Source: Amphiscolops sp. MND2022
Lineage: Eukaryota
Assembly: GCA_964187785.1 (NCBI GenBank)
Contig: OZ076409.1
Coordinates: 33,420,001-33,484,000, forward strand
Reading direction: 5' to 3'
Length of the DNA stretch: 64,000 nucleotides
A program made the translations under genes and the position numbers. Every line of letters begins with the position of its first letter. Positions within the stretch are counted from its first letter, which is position 1. The notes beneath the pieces are model-generated. The model did not search any database, was not told the DNA's origin, and worked only from the letters and a program-made list of their open reading frames with translations. Shown piece by piece: positions 1 to 12,136 of this stretch.

Positions 1-392
1 AGTTCTACAAAAGTCTACGAAACTCGAAGGTGTCAAATGGGACCATTTGGCTCAGGGAACTGAACTATGAAAGTTGTTCCTTTTTTTTTCAGCGTAAAAT
101 ACAATACCGGGCTAGACAAAAGGGTCTCCTTCCTTTTCAGTTTTTTGGCATTGTGAGTCTTTTTTTCCAAAAATTTTTAAAATCTCGAAAGGGTACCCTT
201 CAATTTTTTCGATATTTTGCTACAGAATGGATGTTGAAAAATCCGGAAGGGTCCCCCCTTTTAGCGCAGCGCACAAAGTTCAACTTTTGGGTATTTTGTG
301 TACTATAAAAGAGAATAATAGACACTTTGAAATCCCTTTGCTATTTTTGAGCCTTAGATGTGACGTCGACTTAAGCCGTTACCGGCATGTTT
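1..392 (+). mobile_element. Helentron/DINE-1-like non-autonomous element, family A (5' end outside window)
   Basis: Internal AAGGGTCCCCCCTT units and a degenerate family-A 3' end (GCTATTTTTGAGCCTTAGATGTGACGTCGACTTAAGCCGTTACCGGCATGTT). Confidence 0.65.
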
Positions 393-480
393 CTAAATGG
401 GATGAATAACATTCGCACATTGCCAAGAAAGTTGACAATAAACTGGAAAGTTCGTGAATAACGAGCTTTCATATAAGGTG

Positions 481-1539
481 CCCGGGTTGACCCTCTTACT
501 AGCATCTTGGTTGTCTTGGCAAGATCTTGCCAAATTCTTACTGCATCTTGGCAACCGTAGATCCTATGGCAAGACTTTTATTAAGATCTTACTAAGATAA
601 TACTTATTCCAAGATCGTATCTTATCACGATGGACAAAATTTTAAGATTATAAAAAAACACTATACCTTCGGTACAAGCAGCCGAGACTCAATCTAAAGG
701 CTCATTTCACCCAACAACGACTATTTCTACTCGTTTTCATAATCAAAATGCTTAAACCTGCTGAAAAAATTTTGCATGCAAAAATGCGTGAAAAATTACG
801 ATAACGTAGTCTGGCTTCCAAAATTTTGACGAAAATCCTAATAACTGCTCACCTGTTTAGGACTGAGAAATGCGAATGTACCAAATAAAAGGTCATTTTA
901 AGGGCTTTCCAAAACTTGTAATTTATCACTCCTGTCAATTCCAGAGGCGGAGAAATATGCTCTCAAACGTCCAGACCCACAATCGGAAAGTTACAAAGGA
1001 AAAACCTTAAAATTCTGAAATTTTTGTAAAAATCATATTTCCAGCTTTCTTTGAGCCTGTTTCAGCAGACTTATTACTGCTAGAAACGGCGGTCATTGCT
1101 CTACTTTGGGTAATGATTCAACTCAAGGCTTTACTGACGCCGTTGTTGGCGACAGTTTTGCAATTGAAAGAACAATATCGATATCGAAATGGTTGTAAAA
1201 ATCATTCAGTAATTTTGTTTTGAGTGATGTCTGAATTATTTTTCCATAACTCTTAATTTGATGGTTTTCCGATTCTACTTTTTCTCGATATCGAGCAGTT
1301 CGTAGCAATTTTCTTCTTGCCATATTCGGCTTTTTAGTTAGATTTTTCTTGCCATATTGGGCTTCTTAGTAAGATTTTTCTTGCCATATTGGGCTTCTTA
1401 GTAAGATTTTTCTTGGAAACGTGGCTATCTTGATAAGATCTTACCATGGCATCTTGCAATTCTTGGCAATATCTTGTCACAATCTTAGCTAAGATTTTTC
1501 CAAGATCTTACTAAGATATCCATGGAGGGTCGACCCGGG
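481..1539 (+). mobile_element. Non-autonomous TIR DNA transposon, CMC/EnSpm (CACTA-superfamily)-like, copy 1
   Basis: TIRs CCCGGGTTGACCCTC / GAGGGTCGACCCGGG, dense subterminal AAGATCTT-type repeats at both ends, 2-bp TSD TG. A near-identical inverted copy lies at 61194-62241. Confidence 0.85.
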
Positions 1540-1875
1540 TGGTTGTAAGTTTGATCAGTTTGCCGGGAGGTGGTTTCTAGGAAAAAAGAATGTAATCTGG
1601 CCGAAGGTAACAATTAATTTCAACGGTGCTCGGATGTAGTCTAATCTTTTGGAAAAAGTCTAATCTTCGTTATAATACCATTTCAGACAACATGTCAAAA
1701 AATTCAGTTTCTAGTTTTGTGACTGATGAACTATTCTACCACGATTACTTGGAACTCTCTATAGTCTAACCTATTCAATATTGCAGCAATAATTTCGTTC
1801 CATTTAGACAGAATATGTCAATAATCGTCATTTGAAATAGGTTTTCTTTGTTTCACAGTTCTTGGCTCTAATCTA

Positions 1876-2521
1876 TTTTAGTCGGCGCCTTTTCCTTTAA
1901 AGGAAAAAAGTCCGACTATTACAGTGACTAGTTTTTTTTAGTCGGCGCCTTTTCCTTTAAAGGAAAAAAGCCCGAATATTGCAGTGATTAGTTTTTTTCG
2001 TCAGACAACAGAATGTATGCGTAGTGGACACTTTTTCTACAGAACTACAGACTACTGTACCGGCCAAGTCTGGCCAGCCGAAACGCATCTAAATTAGTGC
2101 AGATGGTCCCTTCCGTATTTTCCTTTTTTCTCGCAACATGCAAATTGAATTTTTAACGTAAGATACAAAACCGGACAGGACTATAGGGTCGCTCCTTTGA
2201 ATTTTTTCGGCACTGAACGACTTTTTTATCGATTTTTTTTCTTCAAAGGTTCCCCTTCAAAATTTTTGACAGTTTGCATCAAACTGAAGTTTCATATAGC
2301 CCAAAGGGTCTCCCCTTTTGAATTTTTCGGCATTGTGAGACTTTCTCAATATTCTCATTTTTCGTTTTTTTTTCAAAAGTTTTTTATAGTCTCCAAAGGG
2401 TCCCCCTTCAATTTTTTTGATATTTGGCAACAACTGAACTTTCAAAAAGCCCAAAGGGCCCCTCATTTACAATTCTTAAAACTTTAAATATAGCGCCGAC
2501 TTGAGACGTTGCCGTCTTGTT
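1876..2521 (+). mobile_element. Helentron/DINE-1-like element, family A
   Basis: 5' TTTTAGTCGGCGCC (tandemly duplicated ~60 bp), internal AAGGGTCCCC repeats, 3' subTIR GCGCCGACT followed by GACGTTGCCGTCTTGTT. Confidence 0.75.
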
Positions 2522-3008
2522 CAAATTTGTTCTTGAAAGTTTATTGGATAGCGTTTACAAGCGAAGTTTTCCAAAAAGGATGTTTGGCCTGACATTTCTA
2601 GTATTGCGTGGGGAGCTATGTTTAGTTGTGGGGGCTGTAGTAATAATTAGATGCGTAACCTTTTACATGAGTCTACAACGTGTGAAACTGTGGTTGCCCC
2701 AGTCAGGTGTTAACTTTTTCCAAACGTATTTTGTACCAGTACCACTGATACAAAACACTTTTCTCCTTTGCTTTAAGATTTTTGCGAACAGTTTTCCAAA
2801 TCTATACTCAACAATGCTTGTCGATATTTGCGATGCGAAAAAAATGGCTATGGGCAAAACGTCTAACGTGGGCCTCATAGCGGCTCAGGAATATCTTGAA
2901 AAGAATATGGTAATTTTGTGGAATCGTTTGAGTTTCCGCTTAATCTTGAAACTCTTCAGGAGATCTTGTTGCTTGTTTTTGTGAACTCTGGAAATCGCCT
3001 GCAATCAA

Positions 3009-6000
3009 TGTCGAATTCTGTATTCTCATATGGAAAAAATGTAATCATCAAACTAAACTGTTTTCAATCTTTTTTCAAAGTGATTAAGCTAATGCTTCAT
3101 ATGCACTTAGTTGGCAGGTACTAATGAAAATAACACAAATGACAGACAAACTAATGTTGACAGTCTCAGTTTGTAGACCAAGGTTTGGTGCCCTCTACTA
3201 CATCCCCCTTCCACTACTGAGTGAAAGTGATGCCCGACAAATTGGATTGCGCTCAACTTTTTGGTGGCGATTGTTCCTCCAATGGTCCATTGTTTGGTTT
3301 GTTTGTTGGAGGGCTTTTGCTGTTGCCACAATATTGCCTGGACCGTAACGTCTGATTGGGATTTACTGATCGGTCCGTGCTGGGCTGGTGTTTTCCATCT
3401 CCGGCTCTGTGTCGCCTCCGAGTTTAGTCGTTTTACAGTGTTTCCTGTAACCATGCCATACTGGGTTATTAAATCTAATTAATTCTTGTCAGCCTTGATC
3501 TGCGTACAGTATTTTCTTCTTTGAGTATAGGATCAGTTTCAGGTTAAGAATTTGAGATCAGGTTGCTTGCTAGCTCCAAGGGAGCTTCAGCTGAGCCGGC
3601 TTCTTATCAACTTTGGTGTACATCGACCAAGTGTGTCCTCCTGGACACTCGCGCTGTCTATCGACTCTGGAGTTGTCGGATTTTCTAGTTCCATTGGAGG
3701 TATTTCAGGCTCGTTGATTTTGCTTCGTTTATTTTGTCGTTTCGTGCAGCCATCGCGTGGTTCGTGCCAAACATTCCTATTTGTGGTTTGTAGGAATATG
3801 CACTTTCGAGTGTTGATTTCTGGTGTTTTTTCTAGGTACAGAAATAGGTAGTTACTAACTCCTTCTGTATTTTTCTTCAACTTCATGGGTAGCTGGTCAA
3901 ACACGCCGTCATCTCCACTGAATGAGTATACATGTAAGGTATCGAGGGTTGCTGAAATGGAACTTTTTTGCTTCATAAACATGTCTTATTCCAGCAAACA
4001 GCTGATTTCCGTACTAGGGTTGATTTCGGCTGTATTAGATTTCAAAGGCAGATTTTCTGTCCTAAAGGTTGTGTTCGCTCATTACTTCCAGAGACATGTC
4101 TAAAGCGTTCTGATGAGGTTAGAAGGTTTGCTTTCAATTTTTTAACACCTCGTTCTACCATGCCTGTGGGAGTATGAGTAAACAGTGTTTCCGTGTATTA
4201 ACATAATTATGTGCTTTTTGCGAAATCCTCTGAAAAAGCGACCGCTTAACAAGGTAGCTCTGTCCGTTCTGATCGGTTTAGGTACGGTATTCAACTGGAC
4301 GCACTCTTCCAGAAAATTTACCGCCGTCTTTAAGGCTGTTGATTTACAGAAGCTCGGAAAAAATGCAACACAGATTATGATTTTCTTGACCATATTGGGG
4401 CAAAAATTATAAAATGTAGAACTGACCGTGGGTTTTCCCCTTTGGAAAGTCCAATGAAATCTAACTGGATCTGCATTTTTCACATTTCTTTTGCATTGCC
4501 ACTGTCACCTTTTGCCCTCCTAAGGTGGCGTGCTGCGAGCGACCTCTTGATTATCGAGGCATATCTTTCGTGTAAAATGCTGAACATGGTGGCTCGGATA
4601 TACTTCGGGATTGCAATTTTATCTTCAAGAAAGCCCTACCGAACCAAAGTGACAGATTATGCTGGTGCATCTCAAATTCTAGATTATTTTGGTAATATTT
4701 TATGCTGTTGTTGCTCCAGGCATACCAAGGTTTCCAAAAAAATTGGGTCATTGGTGGTTTCTGTCGCTAATGGCTGCATGTCCGCTGAGAATTGTTTTCA
4801 GTTTCTCTTACAGCTTGCCCTAAGTCTGAGTCGTTGTCTTCTTCCGCTGCTACTCTTGTGCATGATCCTGTTTTGATTAAAGGACGCTTTTTACTTAGCT
4901 GGCACTTGTAGAACAGTAGGAGCCCGGCTTCGATGCGTGCTTCTTCCATGGGGATTGGTGCGTCCCGGTGTTGTCTCGTCGCAGCCGTTGAAGGTCCCTG
5001 TTGGTGGTTTTTTGGTGTGGCTGTAGGCGTTGGTGTGTCGATCTTCCAGAATGGATCAACGGTTCACTACTCCAATCGCCATATTCGCGGTCGGAAGCCC
5101 GCCCTATGTTTCGGTCCCATCTACTGCGGTGAATCTTCTTTGTCCACGGTTTCTTATAATTTGCTGTATTGTTCTTTTTTTCCAATTGCTTTCCGCTCAT
5201 TCATGAGGAATTTGGGCTCATGGTATTGCTTCCACTTACCACGGTCTTACGGTACATGTCCTTATCAGATCTCTGGTTTCAGCGGACGAACCTACAGCTT
5301 CAAGATTGTCGATCAATCTCGCATCCATTGCCGCGGGTTTGTTTGTCGAATTGTTCAAAGCTTTTACTTTTACCTGTGTGTACGCTGAGTAACTAGGGCA
5401 ACTAATGGAGGTTTGTTCTCGCGTGTCCGGAAGCCCTAATTATTTCATTTGTTGTTTGTTTTCCCGTTCTTTTGTTAGTTCCCTAAATTGTCGTCATAGT
5501 TGCTAAGGCAGCGATGTTTGGAATTGAAAATGTAGTGCGGTTGAAAGTTTTTTTGACGTGTTCGTATTCTTATACGTCATTTGTTTGTTGCTGTGCTGAT
5601 AGAATTCTACTCAGGTGCTAAGTGCTAAGTGCTTACCGGCTACATGGTTCGCGTTAATAGCGAATTGTGCTAATCGGTCCACCGTTCTTGTTAACCGTGC
5701 GCTAAATGTTTCGTTGGAGCGGTTTTGTCTATCCAACGCTTCTAGTCCCTGGTAATTCGTTAATAGTTGTAGGTTTGTCGTAAATGTGTGGACGAAACTG
5801 TTCTAAGCCCCCAAATTACTGCTAGTTGTTCAAGTTCATCTATCGCATCTTTCTTTCATCGTCTGAAAGAAACCAGCCTGCAAATCCCTAATATTTTCAG
5901 TTTTCGATAATATTTTTTCCCTTGGCGCTGCTCTAAGGCCTTCCGGTAATGGGGTCAGTTGTTAAGATGATCGGGCAATTCAAATCATAGTGGAATAGAC

Positions 6001-8615
6001 ACGATACTTCCGTAATTTTTGTTTGAGATTTCCGATCGCTTCTGTGTGTTCTTCTGCTCATATCCATTCATTTTTCGTCTTCAGTAATTGTCTCAGAGTG
6101 TCCATTTGTGCGAAGAGATATGGAATGGCCCCAAGAAAGAAATTGAATTTTTCGTATTGTTTGGCCGGTTCCATTCTTTTTTGCGAAAAAAAATCTTATA
6201 TTGGCGTGATGGCGTTCTGGTCGATTCTGTGACCAATCCAATTGACCTCCGTTTTGCGATGTTCGGATACTTTTTTGTGTGTTGCTCTTTCAAGCCATTT
6301 CTAACCTTGATGTCGTCTAAACACTGGGTGTAGATAGTTGATCGTTTGTCGATGGAGGACCGTTGGTATAATGGATAATCGGTAGAATCATTCCAGGAAA
6401 AAATCCTTCCTGGTTAAAGCAAATATGCATTAGATTGGCTTTTCTCGACAGTAGCATTTCGTTCGTCACACCAACTGCGATTTCTGAGTTATTCAGGAGA
6501 TTGAATCCTTCATTTTCGGCATTTTTGTTCTCCTCTTCACTGTGTTTTCATTTGCACGAGTCTAGTGCACTTTTCACCGACTTATCTTTCTTCACTGGGC
6601 TGACAGCTGGTCTAACGAAACAATTTTTATTGATAATAATTGTTTTTTTCTGTGGTTTTTTTTCTTTAGCTTTTCAATGTTTTTCCAGCTGATTGATGTA
6701 AATGGATCAAAATTGGTTTTTCCCTTTTGGTGTATCACTTCTGTAAACAGTGGTTCATTTTCAGGCCATTCGCTGTGTGGTTCCCGTTGGACGTTTTTGA
6801 AATTCTTCTTCGGGAAATTTCTATCCAGATCTTCTATCACGTGGTTGATTTGTGGATGGGTTCTACCGGTGTCGAGTGTTATCTATCCCTACTTTTTTCA
6901 TCCAGGCTAGTCCCAGTAATGGGACTGGTCTTCTTTGTCTTACCAAAATTTCAAAAGGGTCTTGTTTTCTGTCAATTTCAAAAATTGGCAGTGTTTTTCC
7001 TTCGAACTTTATTCGGATGCCGTTTACGTCTCTGTTTGCTGTTTCCAACGGATGCATTGTTGTTGTATCAATGAATTGTGACATCGATAAAAATGTTACC
7101 GGTGAACCGCTGTCTATTATTTATTCGATTGGTAGATTGTTGACCAATGCGTTGCTTGTGAAGAACTCCGAACAATTGTTGTTAGTTGAACTCGTTGAAC
7201 CGATCTTTTTTTGAGATGATGGAGTCCTGTGACCAGTCGCTTTCTCCCGTGCTACTTGTTTGTATCCGTTATATGGTTTACTTTATTGGATCGACAGCAT
7301 TTTTCCAAGTAGATTTCTACCCGCATTTTGCGCATTTTTTCCATCTAGCTGGTTATGCATGTTATCGTGACCAGTTTGGGGCCTCGCACTTGTTGTAGTC
7401 CAATCATCTGAATTTTTCCGGCTTATCGACTAGGTTCTTCGTAGATTTTTTTTAGTCTGCACTTTTCGTAGAAAAACGCAGACTATAGTAGTGACTTTTT
7501 TTAAGACCAACGAATTGACAGATTTTATAAGCTTTATAAGCTGACTTGAACTAACACTAAATGCAAAACTACTTCTACTGGCACTTGAGATAGAGGTTAG
7601 TTAGATCTTTTTGAGGTTTTTTTTACATTTTTTGGCACTATGCGACTTATCGGAGACCAAAAAAGTTTGAAAAAATCTTCGAAATAAATGGGATTTTTTT
7701 CAATTTTTTCCTCATGCGGGTATTGTAGAAGAGAATACTTGACACGTTGAAGTCCTGTTGCTATTTTTGAGCCTTAGATATGGCGCCGACTTGGGCCGTT
7801 CCCGGCTTGTTTTTTTATTGTGGGTGCATATTTTTCCTCCTCTTCTGTCTCAATTATACTCCGATGATCCATTTAACTTTCATACATATACTCATGTATG
7901 GCATCGGTTATTGCTTCCACCGACCGGTCGTTTCTTCTAATTTGTTTCCGAACTCGTTCTCACCGATTCACATTCCAATGAGAGATTATATTTCTGAGGC
8001 CAAAACTTTTGTTGTTGTTATGCTCAGTTGTTATACAAATTCAGTTGATGTTATGCGCTCAAATTCACTACTCTTTTACATTTCTACGACACGTTTCCAA
8101 ACAACCGCTGCTGATTTTCCAGTTGCACGATTAAGGTCGAATTAATCCGTCCTGTTACGTTGCTGGAGTAAACTGTAGGCGAAACAATGCGTTTTTGAAT
8201 ATTGGAATGGTTAGTTTCTGGATGTGAGTCCGGTCTCCGTCCTCTTCATTGTATCATTGGGCAGCAGTTGTATACCTCACCTGATCGTGATTCCACTGTC
8301 ATCTTTGTGTTTTTCCATTTCTCGGGGTTGTTTCTGTATTTCTTTCCATTTTGTGTTTCTTTGTGCGTCGGGTTTATGGCTGTCTGATTTAACCTCAATG
8401 GATATTCTGACTGCGCCATGTACTGTTATGTATTCTCTTATGAAAAAGAAATGTGATCATCAAAGGAAACTTTTCTCAATCTTTTTTTTTCAATGTGATT
8501 AAGCTAATGCTTTTCTGCACTTAGTCGGCAAGTACTAATAAAGTAACACAAATGACAGACTAATTGTTTTAAACAGTCTGAGTTTGTAGACTTAGTGTTG
8601 GCGCTCTCTACTACA
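3009..8615 (-). mobile_element. Decayed Ty3/Gypsy LTR retrotransposon (Gypsy-1)
   Basis: ~195-bp LTRs at 3009-3202 and 8419-8615 (TG..CA); flanks ATCAA/ATCAG (5-bp TSD, 1 mismatch); PBS TGGCGCAGTCAG at 8407-8418; polypurine tract at 3203-3210. Minus-strand remnants of protease (IIDSGSPVTFL ~7090-7120), RT (CFVRPAVSPVKKDKSVKSALD; CLDD ~6315) and integrase (IRTDRAT, 4142-4483). Confidence 0.9.
7446..7811 (+). mobile_element. Helentron/DINE-1-like element, family A, nested in Gypsy-1 gag
   Basis: 5' TTTTAGTCTGCAC; 3' GGCGCCGACTTGGGCCGTTCCCGGCTTGTT; inserted in a T-run. Confidence 0.75.
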
Positions 8616-11221
8616 ATCAGAAAGTTCAAAAACTCGGTGAGAGTGTAATACAAAGAGGCAAATGGCCTACAATACCACATGCGATAATGTGATGACGAAA
8701 GTGCTTCTAATTAGGGCGAAATTAAATGCTTGTATCAAGGTATTTGGCGAATTTCCCAATTTCTAAAACCAACAATGAATAAAACAATCGTAAGCGTAAT
8801 ATTTAAAAGTTGTAAAGACGCATCATCAGTGATAATTTTTAAATGAGAAATATATCATAAGCGTTTTCTATTTACAGTTTCTACCATTCGTTTGTCGAGT
8901 ATCAAATCTACCAGAATCGACGAAAAAAAATTCGTTAGTCATCTTTGATTCCATCTTACATAAAAAACAGTCTCGTGAAAAAGCATCCTTCATAGGCCGA
9001 GCTGACCTCGGAAATTTGACAAAATGAGGAAAAAAGACTACGTTATACCGCCAAAAACAGCCCAGAAATTGAGACTATACCATTTTAGACCGTACAGAGG
9101 ACAATTTTTTATCAGTTGAACTAAATCGGAAGTGGGAGAAAATTTATCTCCGCGGTTCGGATGGAGAGCAGACGAACTTCAAAAAAGGTACTTTTCCGAT
9201 ACAACAATCATGCATTATTGTCCTACTCGCAGACAGCTGGTTTTTCCAAACGTAAGCCATTCGAAGACTTAGTTATGAAACGATGAAGTTTGGAAATGTA
9301 AATTAGTGCAGTGTGCTTTCAAAGCTCACGATGGTGTCATGATAGCTCAAGATGATGTGTCGTTGAATTCGACCGGACATTAAACTCGACCAAGTCTTTG
9401 TTTGCTGAAATAATGTTTAATACACACAGTAACAAAATCTGTTCGTAGCTGAAAGAGTGGGTGAAATAATCAATCCCCTTTTGTAGGCACTTCCTTTTTG
9501 TTTTCAGTCTTCTAGTCGCATTGTAACATACTCGTAATTCTTATCACACCGACACCAGAAAAATAAAAAATGGCAATGCAATTACACTAGTCGGAAAAAA
9601 TCATGAAATACTTGCAAGTATTTTGCAACTTGCTTACGCGAAATGGTTTTTGAACAAAATTCTTGCATATCTAACAGTACTCTAGCAAGGCCATGCACAC
9701 CTAGCGATATTCAGGAGCAGAACCTTGTTGGAGGCTTCATATTTTCGAAAAAAAATCTACATGCATGGATTTCAACATGGATTTCAGTCAAAAAACTGAG
9801 AAAAGTTGTTCACTTGGTCTAGTGGTTGAATTAACTCGCATATAAATGAAACCCGAAAAAGTCACAAGTGTTAAAATGAATTTTTGAACTTGTTTTGTGC
9901 AAGTTTTGTAATGTAATAGCTCAAGCCCTAAGAGTTTGTCAGAAAAAATTTAGGACTGAGTGGGTAGCGGGCGTCTTGTTAACATAAGAAGCCACAATAT
10001 TTGAAATGGAAACTGATACCGTTCAGCAGCTAAAACAAGATTAGGAAAAACGAAGTGTTTGTAGCAAAGAATAATGAAAGCAATCTTCTTGAAAACAAAT
10101 TTGATTGCATAAATGATATCTCCCTTGATAATGGAATTCGGACCATTTCCGAGATGTATCTGGCTGGATTTCTGAAAGAACTCAATTACGCATCGAGGAA
10201 CCTCAAGAATATCCACCGGCAACCAAAAAAGCGATTCATTTTCGAAGTCTTTTACCACCTTATCAATATCTAACAATGAATAGGAACTTCCTTGAGGAAA
10301 GCATATGACTGGCCCAACAAGACGGGTGCAAGTCCTCACAGTGGTGTTGGGTAGTTGTGGTAGTGACAGTTTTTTTGGAAGTTTTCAAAGAGTGTGCAGT
10401 ACTACACAACTTCGCTGCACTCTAACTTAGCAAAGCCACTGTAAAATTCATTTTGGAAACCTTGCTGCGCTCCAGCAAAGGCATACAATAATAGTTGGAA
10501 GTGTAGTAGTTCCGAAACTTCTCAATCTGTGTCAAATGTCCCGGAATGGCATTGTTGCACTAAAAGACGTCAACTAAAGATGTTTTAGAGTTGACTGCAA
10601 GCAATGCTAGAAGTATCCAGGAAGATAAACGTTCCATTTTAGATTTTTCACATCCTCCCCGCAAAACAATCTAAAATCGGAACATCATAACAAGTCAACG
10701 TCGGGTTCGAATAAAACTATCTTCTATACGGAATCATCTCAGTTAAAGGGTTTTCCAGATGCATTAAAATTTCTAGTTGTTTGAACATTTCTCGACTTAG
10801 GGAGGCCTGAGGCTGACCAAAAAACTTTTTAAAACTTCTTTAATTTTTCAAGTCCGATTTCACTGGATCTTCAGCTAGAACGCTAAAAATGCGCCAAAAA
10901 ATCATTCTGCAGAGATCACCCCTTCTAAGTTAAATTTCAAAAGATGGTTATGAACCAAAAGTCTCGTTTTTCGAAAAAAATGACAGAAAAGTTTTGAGTT
11001 TAGTTTGTGAGTTTGCTTCCGAATTGAGCAGAAAATACCCTAGGGACTCACTACGACTTCGTGAAGTATTGACAAACACAAGCGACTCGCTTCGAACACC
11101 TGAGAGCAAGATATAGGCTCTCAAATTTGAAAAACGGATTTTTTTTGTCAAACAAGAGTTCGTTGGTCAACAAAAATTTTTCGAGGAAACGTCAACAGGG
11201 GGAAAGTTCGCAAGTTGTGCA

Positions 11222-11894
11222 TGAAAAGGCCTGAAAACCAGTACAGAAAAAGGACCTCAAATTGGGTGACTTTGCAGAGCCATAACTTCAACCCCTATGA
11301 AAGAATCAACCCCAAAATAGCGGTGATCCCCCTTTTTTGAGCCAAACTACCGATCTATTCCAAAAAACTGGAAGTCAAAGCAACTTTTTTTCAAAAAAAT
11401 TTTTTATGAGGGGTTTTTGGACTTTTCGATCAATATATCACTTTTATGGCAAATAATGCCCTCCATTTCCTGTTTAACCCACTTTAGCCCTCATATTTAT
11501 TTGTGATCGTGTTGTGAGAACATATTTGAGTATTCGTAGCCAATATTAGCCAACTTAGATAGGCAGAAAGTGCCCCAGATAGTGTATTTACTGACCACGG
11601 AAGTGTAGTTACTTGTTGAATATCAACGGATATACTCTCATAAATTCATATTTACGCATAAATATTTGCTTCTATATTGTTTACTCTATTAGTCGATGTA
11701 CCTGAGATGTTGTATAACCATATTAGAACGGAAAATTGACTTCTTGAAAGCAAGCTGTGAGTGTTTTTAGAAGTTGAAATATTCATTACGGGTTCGTAAA
11801 GTTTTCGGGAACTTTACAACTTTTTGCACGTTAAATTTATCCCAGGGACAGGCCGACGGTTCGAACGCATTAGCTACTAGAATCAGCCTTTACA
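11222..11894 (+). repeat. BEL-1 5' LTR
   Basis: Direct repeat of 18562-19241; TG...CA; followed by PBS. Confidence 0.95.
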
Positions 11895-12136
11895 TTTTGG
11901 TGCCGCGACCCGGGAACGGTTGCGTATTTGTTAACCATCTTTGATTTCTTCTGATCTTCAATTCTCAGCTTTGGTAGATTTGCAGATACCCAACAGGTTT
12001 GCTCTTATTTTGAAGTAGAACAATTTTCTTATTCAACTGGACATTGCACTTACGTCACAGAGGACCTGATTCATTGTCCACCGGGTTGACCAAATTACTA
12101 CATAGCAGGCAATTTAGCAGAAGTTACTGAAACGAG

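Noticed and set aside
1123..1323. 66-aa ORF in the TIR element
   Set aside because: No transposase motif, and the second copy has an in-frame stop (ATC TAG).
30..2487. Phe/Lys-rich ORFs at 30-308, 2197-2487 and similar ones at 19295-19981, 28209-28718 and 57741-58024
   Set aside because: They fall inside family A repeats; low-complexity A/T-run translations, with frames not conserved between copies.
2517..2984. 155-aa ORF
   Set aside because: Starts within a repeat end and has no recognisable domain or splice support.
3107..7398. Many plus-strand ORFs over Gypsy-1, and antisense ORFs over the other retroelements
   Set aside because: Shadow frames of retroelement coding sequence.
9950..10339. 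129-aa minus ORF and overlapping plus ORF
   Set aside because: No recognisable motif; probably decayed TE coding sequence.
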